A stretch of 64,000 bases of DNA from Salinibacterium sp. (GTDB taxonomy: Bacteria; Actinomycetota; Actinomycetes; Actinomycetales; Microbacteriaceae), in NCBI GenBank assembly GCA_015234465.1, contig JADGNA010000017.1, positions 29,861-93,860 on the forward strand. The letters are read 5' to 3'. The notes beneath the pieces were generated by a model. That model was not told the DNA's origin. It was given only the letters and a program-made list of their open reading frames with translations, and made no database searches. The position numbers and the translations under genes were made by a program. Below are positions 45,949 to 56,888 of this stretch, piece after piece. Within the stretch, counting starts at the first letter, position 1, and every line of letters starts with the position of its first letter.

Positions 45949-47397
45949 ATGACAATCGCAACGACCGGTAAGGCACCCAAGCAGGTCGCCATCAACGACA
46001 TCGGATCTGCTGAAGACTTTCTCGCCGCGGTCGAAAAGACGCTGAAGTTCTTCAACGACGGAGACCTCATCGAGGGCACCGTCGTCAAGATCGACCGTGA
46101 CGAGGTCCTCCTCGACGTCGGTTACAAGACCGAGGGTGTCATCCCCTCCCGCGAACTCTCCATCAAGCACGACGTGAACCCCGACGAGGTTGTCACGGTC
46201 GGCGACACGGTCGAGGCCCTCGTTCTCCAGAAGGAGGACAAGGAAGGCCGTCTGATCCTGTCCAAGAAGCGCGCGCAGTACGAGCGTGCGTGGGGCGACG
46301 TCGAGAAGATCAAGGAAGACGACGGAGTCGTCACCGGTACGGTCATCGAGGTCGTCAAGGGCGGCCTCATCGTCGACATCGGCCTCCGCGGCTTCCTCCC
46401 GGCCTCGCTCATCGAGCTTCGCCGCGTGCGCGACCTCACGCCGTACCTCGGCCAGGAGATCGAGGCCAAGATCCTCGAGCTCGACAAGAACCGCAACAAC
46501 GTCGTGCTGTCGCGCCGCGCCCTGCTCGAGCAGACGCAGTCCGAGTCGCGCACCACGTTCCTCAACAACCTGCACAAGGGCCAGGTCCGCAAGGGCACGG
46601 TCTCGTCGATCGTCAACTTCGGTGCCTTCGTGGACCTCGGTGGCGTCGACGGCCTCGTGCACGTCTCCGAGCTCAGCTGGAAGCACATCGAGCACGCGAG
46701 CGAGGTTGTCGAGGTTGGCCAGGAGGTCACCGTCGAGATCCTCGAGGTCGACCTCGAGCGCGAGCGCGTCTCCCTGTCGCTCAAGGCGACGCAGGAAGAT
46801 CCCTGGCAGGTCTTCGCCCGCACCCACGCCATCGGCCAGGTTGCACCGGGCAAGGTCACGAAGCTCGTCCCCTTCGGTGCGTTCGTTCGCGTCGCAGAGG
46901 GCATCGAGGGCCTCGTCCACATCTCCGAGCTCTCCGGCAAGCACGTCGAGCTCGCCGAGCAGGTCGTGTCGGTCGGCGAAGAGGTCTTCGTCAAGGTCAT
47001 CGACATCGACCTCGAGCGTCGCCGCATCTCGCTGAGCCTCAAGCAGGCCAACGAGGGTGTCGACCCCGAGGGCACCGAGTTCGACCCGGCGCTGTACGGC
47101 ATGCTCACGGAGTACGACGAGCAGGGCAACTACAAGTACCCGGAGGGCTTCGACCCCGAGACGAACGAGTGGAAGGAAGGCTTCGAGGAGCAGCGCGCCA
47201 AGTGGGAGGCCGACTACGCGGCCGCTCAGGCTCGCTGGGAAGCTCACAAGAAGCAGGTCGCCGCTGCCGCCGCCAAGGACATCGACGATGTCCCCTCGGC
47301 CGGTGGATCGTCCTTCTCGAGCGAGTCGTCCTCGGTTGGCACGCTCGCCGACGACGAGGCGCTTGCCGCTCTTCGCGAGAAGCTCTCGAGCAACTAG
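45949..47397 (+). CDS. rpsA: 30S ribosomal protein S1
   Basis: 482 aa with four S1 domains (e.g. GTVVKIDRDEVLLDVGYKTEGVIP and GTVIEVVKGGLIVDIG). Confidence 0.97.
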   Translation: MTIATTGKAPKQVAINDIGSAEDFLAAVEKTLKFFNDGDLIEGTVVKIDRDEVLLDVGYKTEGVIPSRELSIKHDVNPDEVVTVGDTVEALVLQKEDKEGRLILSKKRAQYERAWGDVEKIKEDDGVVTGTVIEVVKGGLIVDIGLRGFLPASLIELRRVRDLTPYLGQEIEAKILELDKNRNNVVLSRRALLEQTQSESRTTFLNNLHKGQVRKGTVSSIVNFGAFVDLGGVDGLVHVSELSWKHIEHASEVVEVGQEVTVEILEVDLERERVSLSLKATQEDPWQVFARTHAIGQVAPGKVTKLVPFGAFVRVAEGIEGLVHISELSGKHVELAEQVVSVGEEVFVKVIDIDLERRRISLSLKQANEGVDPEGTEFDPALYGMLTEYDEQGNYKYPEGFDPETNEWKEGFEEQRAKWEADYAAAQARWEAHKKQVAAAAAKDIDDVPSAGGSSFSSESSSVGTLADDEALAALREKLSSN

Positions 47398-47424
47398 CAC
47401 GATCGCGTCGTCCAGACGCATGCG

Positions 47425-47460
47425 AAACGGCCGGGCCCCAGGGTCCGGCCGTTTTGCGTT
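47425..47460. terminator. Intrinsic (bidirectional) terminator between rpsA and the convergent DUF4126 gene
   Basis: AAACGGCCGG (47425-47434) pairs perfectly with CCGGCCGTTT (47445-47454), followed by TTTTGCGTTT. Confidence 0.7.
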
Positions 47461-47498
47461 TCCGCGTGCTGCCCTCGGGAGTCGTGTTTCCCTGCGAC

Positions 47499-48080
47499 TC
47501 AGGCGCGGCGGGCACGCGCCCGTCTGACGGTCGCGATGGCGAACCATACGAGCAGTGGCACGGCGACGATCACGAGGACGGGCAGCACCAGCGCGAGCAC
47601 CGTGAGCGTCACGCTCGTGACATCCTCGAGCGTGCTGACGACGGGGGCGGCGAGACCCGCAGTGACCGCATTGACGACCGGGCGAACTGCGAGCTTCGCG
47701 AGGTGCACGACGAGCGCGATGACGACGCCGGAGACAATGGGCACCCACTGGTTCGACTCGAGGAACTGTGCGGGATCGGTCACAGCAACAGTCTCGGCCG
47801 ATGAACCCGAGCCGAACGCAAGGCCGCCCGCGGTCGGACGCACGATGGTCTGGATCCAGTCATTGATGCTGTCGACGACCGGCACCTTGTCGGCAACGAC
47901 CTCGATGAGCAGGAGGAGCCCGACGATGCCGAGCACCCACTCGTTCTCGAGCCACGCCCATTGGGCAGGCAGCGCCACGAGTTCCGTGAATCGGCTTGCG
48001 AGACCCAACACGAGGAGCGGGACGTATGCGTTGAGTCCCGCCGACATTGCGAGTCCCGCCCCGGTGAGAACCTCGATCAT
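47499..48080 (-). CDS. DUF4126 domain-containing membrane protein
   Basis: MIEVLTGAGLAMSAGLNAYVPLLVLGL... is polytopic. ATG 48080 is preceded by SD GAGGGAG on the - strand. Confidence 0.7.
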   Translation of the reverse strand: MIEVLTGAGLAMSAGLNAYVPLLVLGLASRFTELVALPAQWAWLENEWVLGIVGLLLLIEVVADKVPVVDSINDWIQTIVRPTAGGLAFGSGSSAETVAVTDPAQFLESNQWVPIVSGVVIALVVHLAKLAVRPVVNAVTAGLAAPVVSTLEDVTSVTLTVLALVLPVLVIVAVPLLVWFAIATVRRARARRA

Positions 48081-48148
48081 TCGCGCTCCCTCTGCTGGCT
48101 GACGCCAGCACCTGACCATTGGGCGGTGATGAGGTGAGACTAGCCCAC

Positions 48149-48154
48149 TAGCAT
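48149..48154 (+). promoter_or_regulatory. Candidate -10 hexamer TAGCAT (leaderless promoter of coaE)
   Basis: TAGCAT, then 6 nt, then GTG 48161. Confidence 0.45.
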
Positions 48155-48160
48155 TGGCCC

Positions 48161-48805
48161 GTGTATCTCATCGCTTTGACGGGAGGAATCGCGTCTGGCA
48201 AGTCGCTCGTCGCGTCGCGCCTCCGAGACCTTGGCGCCGTCCACATCGACGCCGACCAGCTTGCTCGGGAGGTGGTCGAGCCGGGAACGGATGGACTTCG
48301 CGAGATCGCGCAGGAATTCGGTCCCGAGGTGATCGACAGCGGCGGAGCGCTTGACCGCGCCGCGTTGGGGGCCCGTGTCTTCGGTGACCCGGAGAAGCTC
48401 GCAGTGCTCAATCGGATCACCCACCCTCGTGTACGGGAACTCGCCACGGCGCGCATCCAGGAGGCGGCCACAGCCAATCCTGCCGCGATCATCGTGTACG
48501 ACGTCCCCCTCCTCGCGGAGGCGGGAGGCAAGCACGCAGTGCCGTTCGACTCGATCGTCGTTGTCCACGCAGATGAGCCAGAGCGGGTACGGCGCATGGT
48601 CGAGTATCGAGGCATGTCCCGAGACGACGCACTGAGTCGGGTGGGCGCCCAGGCCAGTGATGAAGAGCGCCTGGCGATCGCCGACGTCGTGATCGAGAAC
48701 AACGGCACGGTCGAGCAAGTGATCGAGCGCGTCGACGAGTACTGGCGCGAGCTGGACGCTCGGGGTGCGGGCTCCTCCCAGCCGAGTGTCGGTGGGCCTG
48801 CCTAG
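48161..48805 (+). CDS. coaE: Dephospho-CoA kinase
   Basis: The P-loop LTGGIASGKS lies right at the N-terminus. 214 aa (short form). Confidence 0.9.
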   Translation: MYLIALTGGIASGKSLVASRLRDLGAVHIDADQLAREVVEPGTDGLREIAQEFGPEVIDSGGALDRAALGARVFGDPEKLAVLNRITHPRVRELATARIQEAATANPAAIIVYDVPLLAEAGGKHAVPFDSIVVVHADEPERVRRMVEYRGMSRDDALSRVGAQASDEERLAIADVVIENNGTVEQVIERVDEYWRELDARGAGSSQPSVGGPA

Positions 48806-48808
48806 ACT
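48803..48808 (+). promoter_or_regulatory. Candidate -10 hexamer TAGACT (leaderless promoter of uvrB)
   Basis: TAGACT, then 6 nt, then ATG 48815. The TAG is the coaE stop codon. Confidence 0.45.
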
Positions 48809-48814
48809 TGGAGC

Positions 48815-50896
48815 ATGCAGCCGACCAGGTCCGTGCGGCCCTTTGAGGTCATCAGCGAGTACAGCCCAAGTGGAGACCAGCCGGCGGCCATCGCCGAGCT
48901 TGCGGGGCGTATCAACGCGGGGGAGACCGACGTCGTGCTCCTCGGAGCGACTGGAACCGGAAAGTCGGCGACCACCGCGTGGCTCATCGAGCAGGTGCAG
49001 CGACCGACGCTCGTGATGGCGCACAACAAGACGCTCGCGGCACAACTCGCGAACGAGTTCCGCGACCTCATGCCCAACAACGCCGTCGAGTACTTCGTCT
49101 CGTACTACGACTACTACCAGCCCGAGGCCTACGTGCCGCAGACCGACACCTTCATCGAGAAGGACAGCTCGATCAACGCCGAGGTCGAGCGGCTTCGCCA
49201 CTCGACGACCAACTCGCTCCTCAGCCGCCGTGATGTCATCGTGGTGTCGACAGTGTCGTGTATCTACGGCCTCGGTGCGGCCGAGGAGTATCTCGAGGCG
49301 ATGATTCCCCTGCAGGTCGGGCAGCGCATTGCACGTGACGCGATCATCCGGCAGTTCGTGAACATGCAGTACCAGCGAAACGATGTCGACTTCTCCCGGG
49401 GCAAGTTCCGCGTGCGTGGTGACACGATCGAGATCATCCCGATGTACGAGGAGAACGCGATCCGCATCGAGATGTTCGGTGACGAGATCGAGGCGCTCTA
49501 TGCCCTGCATCCGCTGACGGGCGAGGTGCTGAAGAAGATGGATGCCGTCTCCGTGTTTCCCGCGACGCACTACGCCGCCAGCCCGGTGACCATGCAGCGC
49601 GCAATCGTCAGCATTCGCGAGGAACTCGAGGAGCGCCTCGGGGAACTGGAACGCCAGGGCAAGCTGCTCGAGGCACAGCGTCTACGCATGCGCACGACCT
49701 TTGACCTCGAGATGATGGAGCAGATCGGCTTCTGCAGCGGCATCGAGAACTACTCGCGCCACATCGACGGCCGCGCGCCCGGTGCCCCGCCGAACTGCCT
49801 CCTCGACTACTTCCCCGACGACTTCCTCGTCGTGATCGACGAGTCACACGTCACCGTGCCGCAGATCGGCGCCATGTTCGAGGGAGACGCATCCCGCAAG
49901 CGCACGCTTGTCGAGCACGGCTTCCGTCTCCCGAGCGCGCTCGACAACCGCCCGCTCAAGTTCAGCGAGTTCCTCGACCGCGTGGGCCAGAAGGTCTACC
50001 TCTCCGCGACACCCGGCAAGTATGAGCTCGGGGTCTCGGACGGGGTGGTCGAGCAGATCATCCGCCCGACGGGCCTCGTGGACCCGGAGATCGTCGTCAA
50101 GCCGAGCAAGGGGCAGATCGACGACCTGCTGGAGGAGATCCGTCGCCGCACGGAGCGCGATGAGCGCGTGCTCGTCACGACGCTGACCAAGAAGATGGCC
50201 GAGGAGCTGACCGACTTCCTGACAGAGGCAGGGGTTCGCGTTCGCTACCTCCACTCGGACGTCGACACCCTGCGTCGTGTGGAACTGCTCACGGAACTGC
50301 GCCAGGGCGTCTACGACGTGCTCGTCGGCATCAACCTGCTGCGTGAGGGCCTCGACCTGCCCGAGGTGTCACTCGTCGCCATCCTCGACGCCGACAAGGA
50401 GGGCTTCCTCCGCTCGTCGACCTCGCTCATCCAGACGATCGGTCGTGCGGCCCGCAACGTCTCGGGCGCAGTGCACATGTATGCCGACGTGGTCACCGAC
50501 TCGATGCGTCTCGCGATCGAGGAGACCGACCGGCGGCGGGAGAAGCAGGTCGCCTACAACCTCGAGCACGGCATCGATCCCACGCCGCTTCGCAAGAAGA
50601 TCGCCGACATCACCGACGTGCTGGCTCGCGAAGAAGCCGACACGGCGGAGTTCCTCGCTGGCCGAGGGGGAGACCGGCGGCGGGCACCCACCCCGGCACT
50701 CGGCGCGGAAGGCCGACGCTTCGAAGGCCTTGCCGCATCGGGCGCCAGCGACCTCGACGCCCTCATCCGCGACCTCAACGACCAGATGCTCCAGGCGGCC
50801 GCCGAGCTCAAGTTCGAGCTCGCCGGCAGGCTTCGCGACGAGGTCGCGGACCTCAAGAAGGAGTTGCGGCGCATGGAGGCCGCTGGCCATATCTGA
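48815..50896 (+). CDS. uvrB: Excinuclease ABC subunit B
   Basis: GATGTGKS P-loop, helicase motifs and the C-terminal UVR domain ([21 protein letters not shown]). Confidence 0.97.
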   Translation: MQPTRSVRPFEVISEYSPSGDQPAAIAELAGRINAGETDVVLLGATGTGKSATTAWLIEQVQRPTLVMAHNKTLAAQLANEFRDLMPNNAVEYFVSYYDYYQPEAYVPQTDTFIEKDSSINAEVERLRHSTTNSLLSRRDVIVVSTVSCIYGLGAAEEYLEAMIPLQVGQRIARDAIIRQFVNMQYQRNDVDFSRGKFRVRGDTIEIIPMYEENAIRIEMFGDEIEALYALHPLTGEVLKKMDAVSVFPATHYAASPVTMQRAIVSIREELEERLGELERQGKLLEAQRLRMRTTFDLEMMEQIGFCSGIENYSRHIDGRAPGAPPNCLLDYFPDDFLVVIDESHVTVPQIGAMFEGDASRKRTLVEHGFRLPSALDNRPLKFSEFLDRVGQKVYLSATPGKYELGVSDGVVEQIIRPTGLVDPEIVVKPSKGQIDDLLEEIRRRTERDERVLVTTLTKKMAEELTDFLTEAGVRVRYLHSDVDTLRRVELLTELRQGVYDVLVGINLLREGLDLPEVSLVAILDADKEGFLRSSTSLIQTIGRAARNVSGAVHMYADVVTDSMRLAIEETDRRREKQVAYNLEHGIDPTPLRKKIADITDVLAREEADTAEFLAGRGGDRRRAPTPALGAEGRRFEGLAASGASDLDALIRDLNDQMLQAAAELKFELAGRLRDEVADLKKELRRMEAAGHI

Positions 50897-50905
50897 GCGA
50901 TACAA

Positions 50906-50921
50906 TAGAACAGGTGTTCGA
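50906..50921 (+). promoter_or_regulatory. LexA (SOS/Cheo) box overlapping a TACAAT -10 upstream of uvrA
   Basis: TAGAAC-AGGT-GTTCGA contains GAAC-N4-GTTC (50908-50919). A TACAAT hexamer at 50901-50906 abuts it. Confidence 0.65.
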
Positions 50922-50973
50922 ACGGGGTGACCTGTGCGCAGCATCCCATCGAGAGACCCGAACTGAGAGAACA

Positions 50974-50979
50974 TAGGCT
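50974..50979 (+). promoter_or_regulatory. Candidate -10 hexamer TAGGCT (second, leaderless promoter of uvrA)
   Basis: TAGGCT, then 7 nt, then GTG 50987. Confidence 0.4.
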
Positions 50980-50986
50980 GACAAAC

Positions 50987-53980
50987 GTGTCCATCACCCC
51001 CGTCGAATCGTCGTCGCGACTGAGCGTGCGCGGAGCGCGCGTTCACAACCTGCACAACGTCGACCTGGAGATCCCTCGCGACGCCCTCGTGGTGTTCACG
51101 GGCCTCTCGGGGTCGGGCAAGTCGTCCCTCGCGTTCGACACGATCTTCGCGGAGGGCCAGAGGCGCTACGTGGAGTCGCTCTCGGCATACGCGCGCCAGT
51201 TCCTGGGCCAGGTCGACCGCCCGGATGTCGACTTCATCGAGGGCCTCAGCCCCGCCGTGTCGATAGACCAGAAGTCGACCAACCGCAACCCGCGGTCGAC
51301 CGTCGGCACGATCACCGAGATCTATGACTACATGCGCCTTCTCTGGGCGCGCATCGGCATCCCCCACTGCCCCCAGTGCGGCGAGCCGATCCAGAAGCAG
51401 ACCGTGCAGCAGATCGCTGACCAGCTGATGACGCTCGAGTCCGGCACGCGCTATCAGGTCGTGGCGCCCGTCGTCTCGCAGAAGAAGGGGGAGTTCGTCG
51501 ACCTCTTCCGCGAGCTGGCCGCATCCGGCTATTCGAGGGCAATCGTCGACGGCGAGGTCATCCAGCTCAGTGCTCCTCCCACGCTGAAGAAGCAGGTCAA
51601 GCACGACATCTCGGTCGTGGTCGACAGGTTGGTTGCGGCAGACGACATCCTCAATCGGCTCACCGACTCCCTCGAGACAGCGCTCCGCCTGACTGACGGG
51701 CTCGTTGCCGTGAACTTCGTCGACGAAGAGGGGGATGCTGCGTGGCGCAGCTTCTCCGAGAAGCTCTCGTGCCCCAACAACCATCCGGTCCAGCTGACCG
51801 AAATCGAGCCGCGCACCTTCTCGTTCAACGCGCCATTCGGCGCGTGCCCCGAGTGCTCGGGCCTGGGCACACGCATGGCGGTGGACTCCGAGTTGCTGCT
51901 CGGCGACCCGGCCCTGAGCCTCGCTGACGGCGTCATCCTGCCGTGGACCCAGAGCGGCAAGGGACTGTACAACTACTTCCAGCGCCTGCTGGAGGGTCTC
52001 GCCCGCGACCTCGATTTCTCGCTGAAGACGCCATGGGAGGAGCTCGAGCCCTCCGTGCAGGAGGCTGTGCTGCGCGGGAACGACTTCCAGGTGAGCGTCA
52101 AGTGGCGGAACCGATTCGGTCGTGAGATGAAGTACACGACGGGCTTCGAGGGCGTCATTCCCTACATCGAGCGCAAGTTCCTTGAGGCCGAGACGGATTC
52201 GGCGCGGCAGCGCTTCGCCAGTTACCTGCGCGAGATCCCGTGTGCCGTGTGCAACGGAAAGCGTCTCAAGCCGGAGGTGCTGGCCGTCACGGTACAGGGA
52301 AAGAGCATCGCCGACGTCGCGGAGCTCAGCCTCACTGATGCCTACGGCTTCATGCACGACCTCACGCTGACCGAGCGCGAGGCCCACATCGCGGCTGCCG
52401 TGCTGCGGGAGATCCGGGCGCGTCTCGAGTTCCTGCTCGAGGTGGGGCTCAACTACCTGAACCTCGCACGTTCCGCCGGCTCGCTCTCGGGAGGCGAGGC
52501 GCAGCGCATCCGCCTGGCGACCCAGATCGGTTCGGGGTTGACCGGTGTGCTCTACGTGCTCGATGAGCCGAGTATCGGCCTCCACCAGCGCGACAACCGT
52601 CGTCTCATCGAGACGCTCGTCAAGCTCAAGAACCTCGGCAACACGCTCATCGTCGTCGAGCACGACGAAGACACGATCCGCACGGCCGACTGGGTGGTGG
52701 ACATCGGCCCGGGGGCGGGTGAGCATGGCGGCAAGGTCGTGCACTCCGGCTCGTACGACGACCTCCTGGTGAACGACATGTCGGTGACGGGGGACTACCT
52801 CTCCGGCCGCAGGAGCATCGCTGTTCCCCAGTCCCGACGCCCTATCGACCCCGAGCGCATGCTGCGGATCGAGGGAGCACGGGCGAACAACCTCAAGGAC
52901 GTGACGGCCGAGATTCCGCTCGGCACCCTGACTGCCATCACGGGCGTCAGCGGCTCGGGGAAGTCCACGCTGATCAACGACATCCTCTACAAGGTCCTCG
53001 CCAACGAGCTCAATGGCGCTCGGCAGATCCCCGGCAAGCACACGCGCGTTCGCGGGCTCGAGAGCCTCGACAAGGTCGTCCACGTCGACCAGGCGCCCAT
53101 CGGGCGCACGCCGCGCTCGAACCCCGCGACCTACACGGGCGTCTTCGACCGCATCCGCACACTCTTCGCGGAGACGGCCGAGGCGAAGGCACGCGGCTAC
53201 CTGCCTGGTCGCTTCAGCTTCAACGTCAAGGGCGGCCGCTGCGAGAACTGTTCCGGTGACGGCACGATCAAGATCGAGATGAACTTCCTGCCGGACGTGT
53301 ACGTCACGTGCGAGGTGTGCAATGGTGCCCGCTACAACCGCGAGACCCTCTCGGTGCACTACAAGGGCAAGAACATCGCCGAGGTGCTCGAGATGCCGAT
53401 CAGCGAGGCGGCAGAGTTCTTCCAGGCGATCGGTGCCATCCACCGCTACCTCATGACCCTTGTCGATGTCGGGCTCGGATACGTGCGTCTCGGACAGAGC
53501 GCGACGACCCTCTCGGGCGGTGAAGCCCAGCGCGTCAAGCTGGCGACCGAGTTGCAGCGACGCTCAAGCGGTCGCAGCATCTACGTGCTCGACGAACCGA
53601 CGACCGGCCTCCACTTCGAAGACGTGCGCAAGCTCCTGCTCGTGCTCGACGGCCTGGTCGAGAAGGGCAACACAGTGGTCGTGATCGAGCACAACCTCGA
53701 CGTCATCAAGTCGGCGGACTGGATCATCGACATGGGCCCGGAGGGCGGCGCGGGAGGCGGCCAGGTCATCGCGACCGGCACGCCAGAACAAGTCGCGGGT
53801 GCTGAGGTGAGCCACACGGGCCGCTTCCTTCGGGAACTCCTCCCTGCGGCATCCGTCGAAGCGGCAGTGGCCGCGGGGCACACCAAGACGCCGCGGAAGA
53901 AGCCCGCCCGCGCGACAGGTTCCACCTCGAAGACAGCGGCAGCTGGCGCCAAGGCGCGAACCGCACGCTCGGCTCGGTGA
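50987..53980 (+). CDS. uvrA: Excinuclease ABC subunit A (with a basic low-complexity C-terminal tail)
   Basis: The N-terminus [27 protein letters not shown] matches the usual UvrA start. Two ABC modules (GLSGSGKSS and GVSGSGKST) and zinc-finger Cys motifs. The track start at 50927 adds 20 non-conserved residues. Confidence 0.96.
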   Translation: MSITPVESSSRLSVRGARVHNLHNVDLEIPRDALVVFTGLSGSGKSSLAFDTIFAEGQRRYVESLSAYARQFLGQVDRPDVDFIEGLSPAVSIDQKSTNRNPRSTVGTITEIYDYMRLLWARIGIPHCPQCGEPIQKQTVQQIADQLMTLESGTRYQVVAPVVSQKKGEFVDLFRELAASGYSRAIVDGEVIQLSAPPTLKKQVKHDISVVVDRLVAADDILNRLTDSLETALRLTDGLVAVNFVDEEGDAAWRSFSEKLSCPNNHPVQLTEIEPRTFSFNAPFGACPECSGLGTRMAVDSELLLGDPALSLADGVILPWTQSGKGLYNYFQRLLEGLARDLDFSLKTPWEELEPSVQEAVLRGNDFQVSVKWRNRFGREMKYTTGFEGVIPYIERKFLEAETDSARQRFASYLREIPCAVCNGKRLKPEVLAVTVQGKSIADVAELSLTDAYGFMHDLTLTEREAHIAAAVLREIRARLEFLLEVGLNYLNLARSAGSLSGGEAQRIRLATQIGSGLTGVLYVLDEPSIGLHQRDNRRLIETLVKLKNLGNTLIVVEHDEDTIRTADWVVDIGPGAGEHGGKVVHSGSYDDLLVNDMSVTGDYLSGRRSIAVPQSRRPIDPERMLRIEGARANNLKDVTAEIPLGTLTAITGVSGSGKSTLINDILYKVLANELNGARQIPGKHTRVRGLESLDKVVHVDQAPIGRTPRSNPATYTGVFDRIRTLFAETAEAKARGYLPGRFSFNVKGGRCENCSGDGTIKIEMNFLPDVYVTCEVCNGARYNRETLSVHYKGKNIAEVLEMPISEAAEFFQAIGAIHRYLMTLVDVGLGYVRLGQSATTLSGGEAQRVKLATELQRRSSGRSIYVLDEPTTGLHFEDVRKLLLVLDGLVEKGNTVVVIEHNLDVIKSADWIIDMGPEGGAGGGQVIATGTPEQVAGAEVSHTGRFLRELLPAASVEAAVAAGHTKTPRKKPARATGSTSKTAAAGAKARTARSAR

Positions 53981-54006
53981 GACTGCGGGCCGCGTGAGTC
54001 GATTGC

Positions 54007-55908
54007 ATGAGTGACACGGTCTCGTACAGGCCCAAGGCGGGGGAGATACCCACACAACCGGGCGTGTACCGGTTCAGGGACGCCCAGCAGCGGGTGCTCT
54101 ACGTGGGCAAGGCGAAGAACCTTCGCGCGCGTCTGAGCAACTATTTCGCGCCGCTCGCGAGCCTGCACGAACGGACGCGGCGCATGGTGACGACGGCGAC
54201 ATCCGTCGAGTGGACCGTCGTTGCGAGCGAGTTCGAGGCGCTCCAACTCGAGTTCACGTGGATCAAGGAGTTCGACCCGCCCTTCAACGTGCAGTTCCGG
54301 GATGACAAGTCCTACCCCTACCTCGCGATCACGCTCCAAGACGACGTGCCCCGCGTGCTTGTGACCCGTAACAAGGGAATCCGGGGTGCCAGGTACTTCG
54401 GCCCGTACACGAAGGTCGGCGCGCTCCGCGAGACGGTCGACCTCATGCTCAAGGCCTTCCCGATGCGCAGCTGCACGGACACGATCTATCGGCGCGCCGA
54501 GCAGTCGGGTCGGCCGTGCCTCCTCGGCGACATCGGCAAGTGTTCCGCGCCCTGCGTCGGACGCGTGTCGAAGGGGGAGCACAAGTCGATCGCGCTCGAC
54601 TTCGCGTCGTTCATGGCCGGGCAGGACAAGCGCTATGTGGCGGAGCTCACGAAACGGATGACCGAGGCGGCCGAGCGGCAGGACTACGAGGCTGCCGCGC
54701 GCTACCGTGACCAGCGCAGCGCCCTAGAGACCGTGCTCTCCAAGAACACCATCGTGCTCTCCGACTCGATCGACGCCGACATCTTCGGAATCGCCCACGA
54801 CGAACTCGCGGCGGCAGTGCAGCAGTTCTCAGTGCGCGGTGGTCGCATCCGGGGCGTGCGCAGCTGGGTCGTCGACAAGGAACTCGACGTCGAGCTGCCC
54901 GACCTCGTCGAATCGGTCATCCAGAAGGCCTACGGCGATGACATGGAGCCGCCCCGCAGGGTCATCGTGCCGGCGCTTCCTGCCGACGCGACCGAGCTGG
55001 AGCACTGGCTCGCCACACGAAAGTGGGAGCTCAGTGGGCGCAGCGGTCGCATCGCGCTCTCGGTCGCGCGACGCGGCGAGCTGGCAGCCCTCGCGCAGAC
55101 GGTCGACACCAACGCCAAGAATTCACTCATCCTCTACAAGACCCGCCGGAGCGCAGACTTCACCTCACGGTCCCAGGCACTTGCTGACATCCAGGAGGCG
55201 CTCGGGATGGGCGAGGCTCCCCTCCGAATGGAGTGCTTCGACGTCTCCCACCTCTCGGGCACCAACATCGTGGCCTCGATGGTCGTCTTCGAAGACGGCC
55301 TGCCACGCAAGGACCAGTACCGCCGGTTCAGCATCAAGGAGGCCGCTGACGACACCGAGGCAATCGCCGATGTGCTGCGTCGCCGGCTCTCACACCTCGG
55401 CGAGGAGGAAGACGAACCAGCGACTGACGGCGCTCGAGCGACGAAGCGATTCGCATACCGCCCCAACCTCTTGATCGTGGACGGCGGCCAGCCCCAGGTT
55501 GCGGCGGCAGCCGCCGTGCTCCGAGAGCTCGATGTGACAGACATTGCGCTCTGCGGTATCGCGAAGCGGCTCGAAGAGGTCTGGCTGCCAGACACGGACT
55601 TCCCGGTCATCCTGCCCCGCAACAGTGATGCCCTCTTCTTGATCCAGCGGATCCGTGACGAGGCGCACCGCTTCGCGATCTCCTTCCAACGCCAGCGACG
55701 CAAGCGTGACATCACGACCGTCCTGAGCGAGATCCCCGGCGTCGGTCCGTCCCGCGTCAAGGAGCTCCTGCGGCACTTCGGCTCCGTCGCGCGCCTGCGC
55801 GAGGCATCCGTCGACGACATCTCGCAGGTCAAGGGCGTGGGGCTGGTCGTGGCGACGGCGATCCATTCGCGCCTGCGTGAGTCCCCGGGAGGTGCGCAGG
55901 GTGGGTAG
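54007..55908 (+). CDS. uvrC: Excinuclease ABC subunit C
   Basis: GIY-YIG motif ([21 protein letters not shown]), UVR domain and C-terminal (HhH)2. Confidence 0.95.
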   Translation: MSDTVSYRPKAGEIPTQPGVYRFRDAQQRVLYVGKAKNLRARLSNYFAPLASLHERTRRMVTTATSVEWTVVASEFEALQLEFTWIKEFDPPFNVQFRDDKSYPYLAITLQDDVPRVLVTRNKGIRGARYFGPYTKVGALRETVDLMLKAFPMRSCTDTIYRRAEQSGRPCLLGDIGKCSAPCVGRVSKGEHKSIALDFASFMAGQDKRYVAELTKRMTEAAERQDYEAAARYRDQRSALETVLSKNTIVLSDSIDADIFGIAHDELAAAVQQFSVRGGRIRGVRSWVVDKELDVELPDLVESVIQKAYGDDMEPPRRVIVPALPADATELEHWLATRKWELSGRSGRIALSVARRGELAALAQTVDTNAKNSLILYKTRRSADFTSRSQALADIQEALGMGEAPLRMECFDVSHLSGTNIVASMVVFEDGLPRKDQYRRFSIKEAADDTEAIADVLRRRLSHLGEEEDEPATDGARATKRFAYRPNLLIVDGGQPQVAAAAAVLRELDVTDIALCGIAKRLEEVWLPDTDFPVILPRNSDALFLIQRIRDEAHRFAISFQRQRRKRDITTVLSEIPGVGPSRVKELLRHFGSVARLREASVDDISQVKGVGLVVATAIHSRLRESPGGAQGG

Positions 55909-55950
55909 GCTTGGAGCGCACGAGACGGCGAGGGGATGAGGGCGACCGGA

Positions 55951-56826
55951 ATGGCGGAGGGATCCGAACGACAGGAAGTCCTGATCGTCACCGGCATGTC
56001 CGGCGCAGGCCGCTCCACGGCGGGGAACGCGCTGGAGGATCTCGGCTGGTACGTCGTCGACAACCTTCCGCCCCAGATGCTTCGCCCCCTGGTCGAACTC
56101 GCTGGGAGAGCGGGGAGCAACCTGCCCCGCATCGCTGCAATCGTCGACGTTCGCGGCGGGCGCCTGTTCTCCGACCTCGCTGAGACGATCGATATGCTCA
56201 GCTCCAGCTCGACCGTGCGTGTCATGTTCCTGGACGCGACGGATGCCGCGCTGGTCCGCCGCTTCGAGCAGGTGCGACGCCCGCACCCGCTGCAGGGCAA
56301 TGGCACGCTGCTCGACGGTATCTCGGAGGAGCGGGCCCGCATGCTCGAGATCCGCGAGAAGAGCGACTTCGTCATCGACACCTCGGATCTCAACATCCAC
56401 CAGTTGGCCACGGTGGTCACCGAGACCTTCGCGCCGGGAGGCACTCCCGGCGTGAAGACGACCGTCATGAGCTTCGGCTTCAAGTACGGCGTGCCGACCG
56501 ACGCCGACCTCATCGTGGACATGCGCTTCCTGCCCAACCCGTTCTGGATTCCTGAACTGCGATCCCAGAATGGATTGGACGACTCCGTCAGGTCCTTCGT
56601 GCTCGCGCAGGAAGGGGCGCAGGAGTTCCTTGACGCCTATGTTCGGGCGCTCGAGCCCGTGCTCGCGGGCTACCAGCGCGAGAACAAGCGGCACGCCACC
56701 ATCGCGGTTGGCTGCACGGGTGGAAAGCACCGCTCGGTCGCTGCGGCGGAGGAGCTGGCGCGCAGGCTTTCCTCGCTGCCGAGCGTGGCCACCAGCGTCA
56801 AGCACCGCGACCTCGGTCGTGAGTAG
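55951..56826 (+). CDS. rapZ: RNase adapter / nucleotide-binding protein RapZ (YvcJ family). Alternative start ATG 55936.
   Basis: The P-loop [11 protein letters not shown] lies near the N-terminus. The GAGGG SD is 8 nt before ATG 55951. C-terminal [10 protein letters not shown] motif. Confidence 0.9.
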   Translation: MAEGSERQEVLIVTGMSGAGRSTAGNALEDLGWYVVDNLPPQMLRPLVELAGRAGSNLPRIAAIVDVRGGRLFSDLAETIDMLSSSSTVRVMFLDATDAALVRRFEQVRRPHPLQGNGTLLDGISEERARMLEIREKSDFVIDTSDLNIHQLATVVTETFAPGGTPGVKTTVMSFGFKYGVPTDADLIVDMRFLPNPFWIPELRSQNGLDDSVRSFVLAQEGAQEFLDAYVRALEPVLAGYQRENKRHATIAVGCTGGKHRSVAAAEELARRLSSLPSVATSVKHRDLGRE

Positions 56827-56888
56827 ACGGGCATCGCCCGCCTCACGCATCTCATTTCTCTTCACAGACTGCACGAAAGGATTCGCCC

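Noticed and set aside
46290-47804. 504-aa same-strand off-frame ORF over rpsA (Arg/Gly/Pro-rich). Similar +1/+2 frame ORFs occur over many genes (e.g. 6275-6994, 15159-15812, 35064-35963, 56570-57571).
   Set aside because: These are frame-shifted readings of real genes. Their extreme R/P/G/S composition is what high-GC coding DNA gives in the wrong frame.
50369-53443. 1024-aa ORF antisense to uvrA and the end of uvrB, the longest ORF on that strand
   Set aside because: It lies exactly opposite a gene with unmistakable UvrA motifs and runs straight through the uvrB-uvrA intergenic region. Its translation is Arg/Asp/Glu/Leu/Val/His-rich low-information sequence with no recognisable domain. Long stop-free antisense frames are an expected by-product of very high GC3 coding.
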